From Epithemia pelagica (taxonomy: Eukaryota; Protista; Bacillariophyta), in NCBI GenBank assembly GCA_946965045.2, contig OX337230.1, forward strand, positions 682,001-746,000: a DNA stretch of 64,000 bases, read 5' to 3'. A program made the translations under genes and the position numbers. Below are positions 57,810-64,000 of the stretch, piece after piece (position 1 is the stretch's first letter; the number at the start of each line of letters is the position of its first letter). The notes beneath the pieces were generated by a model. The model was not told the DNA's origin. It searched no databases and saw nothing but the letters and a program-made list of their open reading frames with translations.

Positions 57810-58831
57810 CCATTTTGCCGAGGCTGTCTTGTTTCGCATCAATATGTGTCTCATTGCCTTTATCCATACACGAAAGAGATAGTTGCTGTTGAGATAATAT
57901 CTTTTCGTCTTTGCCGGTCCAAAAGTGGTCTGTGGCGGTTGACTTGGGGCGCATGCCAAATGCCAATGTCCATGGCCATGGATGGAAATGGAACACGTCA
58001 AAATTTTGAAGAGGTTGCGTTCTTGTACACTACTACAATAGAACAGTAACAAAAATGTGGGGTTACATTGTAAGTCCTCTGGCGCAGCGACATCCGTAGG
58101 CTTAAGAAAAGAAAACTGCCATCAATATTGCTATTGCACCCGCAATGTACGAGTCCAAAATCGTCCGCAACACTCTCACAAAACTGCAGAACTTGATTGG
58201 ATGGCGAAACGCCAATTCGTACAATAAGACTCGTTCCCTACAACTGAAATTTTCATGCAAAACGATATAACGGCTGTTTCCGCTAGCTATTAGCGAGCAC
58301 ATGTTCCAGAATCTCAATGTACACCCAAGTTAAGATGGGACCAAGGAACATGGTCAGGCCACGTCATGAAGTCTGAGCATTGGCGTTGGAGTGCAAGTCG
58401 GGCGGTCCACCCAAAAGAAGAGCCGGCCTCGCTGTCACACAAAGAATGAGGCAGAACGGGCGCGCAACTCGGAAGAGGAAATTCCAAAAAGAACATGTGC
58501 ATCCCATCTACTGCGACAAAGCCTCTTCCATTCCATATCTCAAAGTGGACTGCCTCCAAATAGAGGATCGTCCGATTCAAGAGGCATGGGCACTCTTGAA
58601 TCAAACAACAATGCGCCAACAATGGATCCCTAATGGAGCGCGACATGCGATCCATGACAAACAAGCAAAGACGCAGCAAACAAAACAAGAGGGACACGGA
58701 GAGCTCACTCTTTGGGTTTTCTACGGTTCGTCGGCGAAGGTCTGATCCCCTTTGGCGCCGTTCTTGATTTCTAAAGAGTTGAAACTCCAACTTTCTCTGC
58801 TCACTTCGCTCTCTTACTTACTCCTTCTACC

Positions 58832-61800
58832 ATGTCGGTTCCTCCTCCTCCTCCTCCTGCACAGGATGCTGATACGCTCCTCTCTGCGCTCGTCGCTTCG
58901 GCCTCCGTGGCTAACACCCCTGCGGCTGGGGCCGCCCGTCCTTCTACGGCGGCTCTGGGGGGGGATCGCGGTCAAATCTCCTTTGCTGCTGACCCTCCCA
59001 CGGATGAGATGATGGTTCAAGGCACGGAAACCGCATTGTTTCCTGAGAGCACCATGGACCCTACTGTCCTTGGACGCTCTACCGGTGGTAGTAAGTTTGG
59101 TGTCGTGGCGCTTCGCGCAAGCGAATGTGCAGACAAGTTGTTGTGTTTGGGTCTCAAGCGCGGCGGGGCAACCTTTTGCATCGACCCCAAGTGCGCTAAA
59201 GCCGGGGACCATGGAACTGGTCTAGCTCCCGTCGACTTGGGACCCTCAGGAGGATTGTTCATTACCAAGAACCCTGCCTCTGCCTTTTGCACTCCGGTTA
59301 TCTCGTTGAGTGAGATCTCTCAGGAGACACTGGACCAAGTCCAGCATGAAAAACACACTATGGAAGAATGGACGAAGAAATTCGTTGCTATGAAACGTCT
59401 TAATCAAGTTAAGAAAGAAGGTCACCTGGATGCCAGTCTGAAGGAAACGGAGCATAAAATCTCCAAGGCTGACTCCCTCCGTACCCCGTTTACACTCAAG
59501 AAAGCTACCTCTACCTCCACCTCCTTCGTCGTCGAGAATTTCTCTCCTCACCACAAGATTTTGGACGGGGATCTGCAGGATGTGATTCGGAAGATTACGG
59601 TTGACTCCTCCTTGGTTCCGATAACTCTTCGCGAAATCGAAGACTCGGTGATGGAAGCAGGAGAAGTGATCCAGACTTTGTCCTTGGAACAACAAGCCAT
59701 TTCGCGTCAAAACAGCACAGCCGTTGAAGCTCTAGGAATCAAATTTGATAAACTGTCCATGGAAATTGGACCTCGAGAGGACTTGCCGGACGAGTACCAA
59801 GCCCCGACCCTCTGGGGAATCATCTCTTCGATGATTCGCTCCATTCAAGAATCCTCTCCCTTGACGACTGAATCTCACCAACGCGCTGTGGATAGTCGCC
59901 TTGCCGCGGTTGAGTCCTCTGTTGCTACTTTCTTCTCAACCATCCAAGGCCAAGTCTCTTCGAAGTTGTCCTCGACCCAAGTTGAGACTCGTAACTCGGT
60001 AGACAAGCTTCGAAACCAATTCGTTCAAGGCTTCAAAGGAATCCTCGATCGCTTGTCGGCCCTTGAATCCAACACGACGCTCACCAACCGTATCTTGACC
60101 ATTGAAAACAAGATGTCGTCCCATGAAATTTTGCTTAGCCAACTGGGAACCTCCCCGCAGATGTTTGGTGCAACACAGACGACATCCAACACAGGATCAC
60201 CAGCCCTTCAAAACAAAGTCACTGCTCTTGAAGGGGAAATCGCGAATTTGAGGACCCTCTTGGGAGATGCCAATTTGGAAATGCAACGTCTCAAGGGCAA
60301 GGTCGACACTTCCACCATCAAGTTCGGAAATCTCGGCGTAGCAACGGTTGATGACTGCAAAGCCTGGGTGGCCCTCAAGTTCGGGTCAAGAGCGTACGGT
60401 CTTTTGTTTGATCTCAACTTGGTGCTTGAATGGTGCGCCCCGCAGGAGAATGGGGATGTTTTATCCATGCTGACTACCATGGAAAAACGACACAAGATGC
60501 AGATCGCGACAACAAATGAAGCCCGAGCGATTTATGCGATGAAGAATGAATTTCCCCAGCTCTTGTACAAAGATTTCCCTGGCACCGGGCGGGACCCTTC
60601 GTTTCTCACTGCGATGAAAGAGTACTCGGATTGGGAGTCGCCCGAGACGGGAGTTCGTGACCGCTGTGTCTTGTCCCAACTTCTTCGTTCCACCTGGTGG
60701 GACTGGGATGCGGGTTCTTCATTGATTTTTTGGCGCTGGAACGGCCTCTCCCAACAAGCAGATGCCTGGTTTGGCACTCCCATCCATGTCACCGATGCTC
60801 TTCCTTCTTATCATCGGCGTCAGCGTGCTCCTCCTGCGGACATGCTCCCTCAAGTTTCCAAGAAATTATCGACCGTGCTCGAGCGTGGTTATTTGGACGG
60901 TGTCTCTCCTCCCTCCAGCATGACCGACTATTTCGCTGTTCCAAAAGGCGACAATGACATTCGGATGGTCTATAATGGCACAAGCTGCGGGTTGAATAAG
61001 TCTCTGTGGGCACCGAATTTTTGGTTACCAACGTCTGAGTCGGCTCTACGACTATTGACCACCGATTCCTACTGTGGGGACATGGATTTGGGGGAAATGT
61101 TTTTGAATTTCCCCATGGACGTACACCTTCGACCCTATGCTGGTGTAGACATGAATCCTGTCCAGTCACACCTCACCCCAGAAGCTACAGCCCTCTCTCC
61201 TGAATCTGGTAGGGTGCGGTGGAATCGTTTATTTATGGGTATGCTTCCGAGTCCGTTCCACGCCGCCCGCCAATACTACCTGGCTGAGGAAATAGCAAAA
61301 GGAGCACCACAGGATCCAACCAATCCGTGTGGTTTTGATTCAATTCGCTTCAACATCCCTGGCTCCGCTGATTACACCCCAACTTTGCCTTGGGTCATGA
61401 AGTGGAGCTCTAGACTCGACAACATTACGGGAGATGTAGTTACCTACATGGACGACTTGCGAACGGTCGGTTCCTCAGCCGAACATGCATGGCAGGTGGC
61501 ACGCCAACTGGGGGCTAGATTGCAATATCTAGGAATTCAAGACGCACCTCGAAAGCGGAGACCACCTTCCAAAACTCCCGGCGCATGGGCTGGCAGTGTA
61601 CACCATATCTCAGCCACGACCATATCAAAAACCCTCACCCAAAAGAAATGGGACAAGGGCAAGAAACTCCTGGAAAAATACGTGGATGCATATACCAAGA
61701 GTGACTTTCCCACGTTCGATCACAAACAAATGCAACGAGACGTGGGCTTCTTCGTTCATCAAGCGCTGACCTACAATTCGCTAATGCCCTTCTTAAAGGG

Positions 61801-63148
61801 ATTCTATTTGACTATGAATGTTTGGAGACCCGGGCGCAATGGCGAGGGATGGAAGCTGTCAACAAGGGAGTGGCTTTCCCAGTTACAAGAAAAGTTTGGG
61901 GACGAAGAAATCAACACCATTTGTGGTTTCTTAGACACAGATGAAGATGAAGACTCGCATGCAGAATCAACCAACAAAGAAAAGGACATTCCACCAGCAC
62001 GGGTCAAGGCAGTTCCGAGGCTGCGAACCGATGTACGAGCCATTGCGGTCATACTAGGTTCAGAGGATCCTCCCAAGGTCCAAGTCAGGTCGGACACCAT
62101 CTTTGTTGCATTATTCGGATGTGGCGATGCTTCGGGATGTGGATTCGGGGCAGCCTTCCAACTCCCTCAAAAGAAACTGTCGTATAGAGTGGGAGCATGG
62201 GGAAAGGACATCGTGGTAGGTGAATCTTCCAACTGGAAGGAGTTTACCAACTGTGTAGAGTCGCTGGAGGAAGAAGCGTCCTTGGGCCATTTGGACAACA
62301 CAGAAGTCTTCTTCTTCACAGACAACTCAACCGTCGAACGTTGTTTCTACAAGGGCTCATCATCAAGTCCAAAACTGCTAGAACTAGTGATCCGTCTACG
62401 ACGACTAGAGATGCGCCATGCAATACGGCTGCATATCTCCCACGTATCAGGAAAGAGGATGATCGCTGTGGGAGTGGATGGCATTTCTAGAGGGCAATTG
62501 AATGAGGGAGTCATGGCTGGGACTCCCATGTTATCCTATATTCCTCTTCACAAGACCCCATTCCAGATGTCCGAGAATCTGTTCGAATGGGTTCGTTCTT
62601 GGTTGGGACCCAAAGCAGAAGCACTAACCCCCATGGACTGGTTCACAACAGGCCACGACATCCGGGGATGGTCCCTCCCAACAGAACATAACAAACTGTC
62701 CCTGCCTATCCTTTGGCCAGGACATTTTGTGTGGGCTCCGCCTCCAGGAGCAGCTGATGTGGCTCTCGAGGAATTGAGAAAAGCACGTCACAAAAGACAA
62801 TCTTCCATGCATGTTTTTCTTTGTCAACGTCTGCTTACTCCAAAATGGTATAAGCAGTTACACAAGGCATGCGATTTGGTTATGGAGATCCCTGCTGGAA
62901 CTTCTTTTTGGCCTGAAGGAAATTATGAACCTCTCATCGTTGGTCTTGTTTTTCCTTTTATTAGGGCACAGCCGTGGCAATTGCGGGGCACCCCAAAAAT
63001 GTTCTCAATGGACCGCCAATTGCGCAAATTGTGGAAAGAAGATCCAGTGGGTGGAAGGGATCTTCTGCGGAAATTTTGCGTTCAGTGTTGGAAAATGCAG
63101 TCCATGTCGAAACGCATGGTGCGCAAGTTGTTATTCTTCGAACGATGA
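58832..63148 (+). CDS. gag-RT-RNase H fusion ORF, 1438 aa
   Basis: CLG...FCIDPKC...H gag motif; DYFAVPKGDNDIRMVYNG, DLGEMFLNF, YMDDLR, GDASGCGFG, SSNWKEF, FFTDN, DGISRG, WAPPP. Confidence 0.9.
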   Translation: MSVPPPPPPAQDADTLLSALVASASVANTPAAGAARPSTAALGGDRGQISFAADPPTDEMMVQGTETALFPESTMDPTVLGRSTGGSKFGVVALRASECADKLLCLGLKRGGATFCIDPKCAKAGDHGTGLAPVDLGPSGGLFITKNPASAFCTPVISLSEISQETLDQVQHEKHTMEEWTKKFVAMKRLNQVKKEGHLDASLKETEHKISKADSLRTPFTLKKATSTSTSFVVENFSPHHKILDGDLQDVIRKITVDSSLVPITLREIEDSVMEAGEVIQTLSLEQQAISRQNSTAVEALGIKFDKLSMEIGPREDLPDEYQAPTLWGIISSMIRSIQESSPLTTESHQRAVDSRLAAVESSVATFFSTIQGQVSSKLSSTQVETRNSVDKLRNQFVQGFKGILDRLSALESNTTLTNRILTIENKMSSHEILLSQLGTSPQMFGATQTTSNTGSPALQNKVTALEGEIANLRTLLGDANLEMQRLKGKVDTSTIKFGNLGVATVDDCKAWVALKFGSRAYGLLFDLNLVLEWCAPQENGDVLSMLTTMEKRHKMQIATTNEARAIYAMKNEFPQLLYKDFPGTGRDPSFLTAMKEYSDWESPETGVRDRCVLSQLLRSTWWDWDAGSSLIFWRWNGLSQQADAWFGTPIHVTDALPSYHRRQRAPPADMLPQVSKKLSTVLERGYLDGVSPPSSMTDYFAVPKGDNDIRMVYNGTSCGLNKSLWAPNFWLPTSESALRLLTTDSYCGDMDLGEMFLNFPMDVHLRPYAGVDMNPVQSHLTPEATALSPESGRVRWNRLFMGMLPSPFHAARQYYLAEEIAKGAPQDPTNPCGFDSIRFNIPGSADYTPTLPWVMKWSSRLDNITGDVVTYMDDLRTVGSSAEHAWQVARQLGARLQYLGIQDAPRKRRPPSKTPGAWAGSVHHISATTISKTLTQKKWDKGKKLLEKYVDAYTKSDFPTFDHKQMQRDVGFFVHQALTYNSLMPFLKGFYLTMNVWRPGRNGEGWKLSTREWLSQLQEKFGDEEINTICGFLDTDEDEDSHAESTNKEKDIPPARVKAVPRLRTDVRAIAVILGSEDPPKVQVRSDTIFVALFGCGDASGCGFGAAFQLPQKKLSYRVGAWGKDIVVGESSNWKEFTNCVESLEEEASLGHLDNTEVFFFTDNSTVERCFYKGSSSSPKLLELVIRLRRLEMRHAIRLHISHVSGKRMIAVGVDGISRGQLNEGVMAGTPMLSYIPLHKTPFQMSENLFEWVRSWLGPKAEALTPMDWFTTGHDIRGWSLPTEHNKLSLPILWPGHFVWAPPPGAADVALEELRKARHKRQSSMHVFLCQRLLTPKWYKQLHKACDLVMEIPAGTSFWPEGNYEPLIVGLVFPFIRAQPWQLRGTPKMFSMDRQLRKLWKEDPVGGRDLLRKFCVQCWKMQSMSKRMVRKLLFFER

Positions 63149-64000
63149 GGGTCGGTTCTTTGTGGCTTCCAGGAACTTGATGGTGGAAGAGTCGGACGCG
63201 GACCGGATCGTAGCAGCCACTTGGAGAGCGCGTACAAAGGACCGACGAGAAGATTATAGTCATGCACGAGCGGGTGATCACTTGATGACCCCTTTCGAGT
63301 GTGATTGGTGCATCTTTCGAAAGTTGAGAGGTGAGGAACCGGACCCGAAAAGCGTGCAAGACAAGTACTTGATGGTGTGTGTGAGACGCATGAATCTCGA
63401 TGCATTTTGGAGTCGGGCAACAAGCACGGTTGCGCAAAACACTAGAAATGCTAAAAAGATGATTGAGAAGTCAATGAAAGTGGGAATCCCTTATGGACCG
63501 TTCATGAGCCATGGCCCGTTCCCGAGTTACGATCATTGTGGGTACCAAGTGGCATATTTGATGTTGGACAGTTCGTTGGACGAAGGAAAGTATCATACGG
63601 ATAGAAAGCAATTTGACACCATCCGGAAATTTCGATCGGTGTACTCCAATCACGTGAGAGCAACACCGGCCACTTTGGTTGATAATCGACCCCTGGTTTT
63701 GACGGACAATAATGGGAAAGCATTCTCTCGGTTGGGCCAAGACGAGAGCGGATCATTATGGTTTTCAAGATTTGTTGAAGGTTGTCGCCGACGGATGGGC
63801 CAAGACTGGCGCCCGGACCAAGCAATATCTAGCGAGTTGGTTGTTGCGTTGCTGGGTTCCTTGGAAGAAGAATTGAGGCACGCAAACAATGTGACGGACC
63901 CATTTGTGACGGTTATGGCGGGAACCTTTTATGCTGTGTCTTTCGCTTTGTCCTTGAGAGGGCCGGAAGGGCTGCTCCTTGATTTAGGAGCCATGACTCG
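62925..64000 (+). CDS. Tyrosine recombinase, 5' part (not in the ORF track; runs off the window)
   Basis: Frame read by hand from ATG 62925 without a stop: CANC...GIFCGNF...WCASCY, ARAGDHLMTPFECDWC, NLDAFWSR, QFDTIRK, WFSRF...RMG, LSLRGPEG. Confidence 0.85.
   Translation, partial: MNLSSLVLFFLLLGHSRGNCGAPQKCSQWTANCANCGKKIQWVEGIFCGNFAFSVGKCSPCRNAWCASCYSSNDEGRFFVASRNLMVEESDADRIVAATWRARTKDRREDYSHARAGDHLMTPFECDWCIFRKLRGEEPDPKSVQDKYLMVCVRRMNLDAFWSRATSTVAQNTRNAKKMIEKSMKVGIPYGPFMSHGPFPSYDHCGYQVAYLMLDSSLDEGKYHTDRKQFDTIRKFRSVYSNHVRATPATLVDNRPLVLTDNNGKAFSRLGQDESGSLWFSRFVEGCRRRMGQDWRPDQAISSELVVALLGSLEEELRHANNVTDPFVTVMAGTFYAVSFALSLRGPEGLLLDLGAMT

Larger units (their letters stand above)
58362..64000 (+). 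mobile_element. Second, divergent YR retrotransposon; 3' end beyond the window, 5' boundary tentative
   Basis: gag-RT-RH ORF and overlapping YR frame homologous to the element at 33197-42907. CGTCATG at 58362 equals the 5' terminus of that element. Confidence 0.85.

Overview
Eukaryotic genomic DNA, most likely from a diatom (inferred from CoDi-type copia elements, bipartite signal peptides and short GT-AG introns; species not determinable). Over half of the window is retroelement DNA. (1) 1-21 kb is a nest: a degenerate two-ORF CRE-clade non-LTR element on the minus strand is interrupted by two ~99% identical Ty1/copia elements in opposite orientation (1-6740 +, 5' part outside the window; 12080-20463 -, complete, identical 783-bp LTRs, GCTGA TSD). 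The complete copy carries an extra 259-aa ORF before gag-pol, a PBS matching a tRNA-Asn anticodon arm and a chromodomain-like segment. (2) A Penelope-like GIY-YIG fragment with hammerhead-core motifs lies at ~21.2-22.3 kb. (3) A complete tyrosine-recombinase (YR) retrotransposon with split direct repeats lies at 33197-42907 (-). It is flanked by a 13-bp duplication, has a perfect G-quadruplex as the only unique sequence in its 3' repeat block, and its pol N-terminus looks like a degenerate C5-cytosine methyltransferase. (4) A second, divergent YR element starts at ~58.4 kb and runs off the end, with gag fused in frame to RT. About 14 ordinary host genes lie between them: FAD oxidoreductase, Tic22-like, globin, PLAC8, VWD-type secreted protein, RING E3, Hsp33, PP2C, a defective trypsin homologue and hypotheticals. 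No rRNA or tRNA genes or CRISPR arrays were seen. All domain calls are by motif recognition only; no database searches were run.
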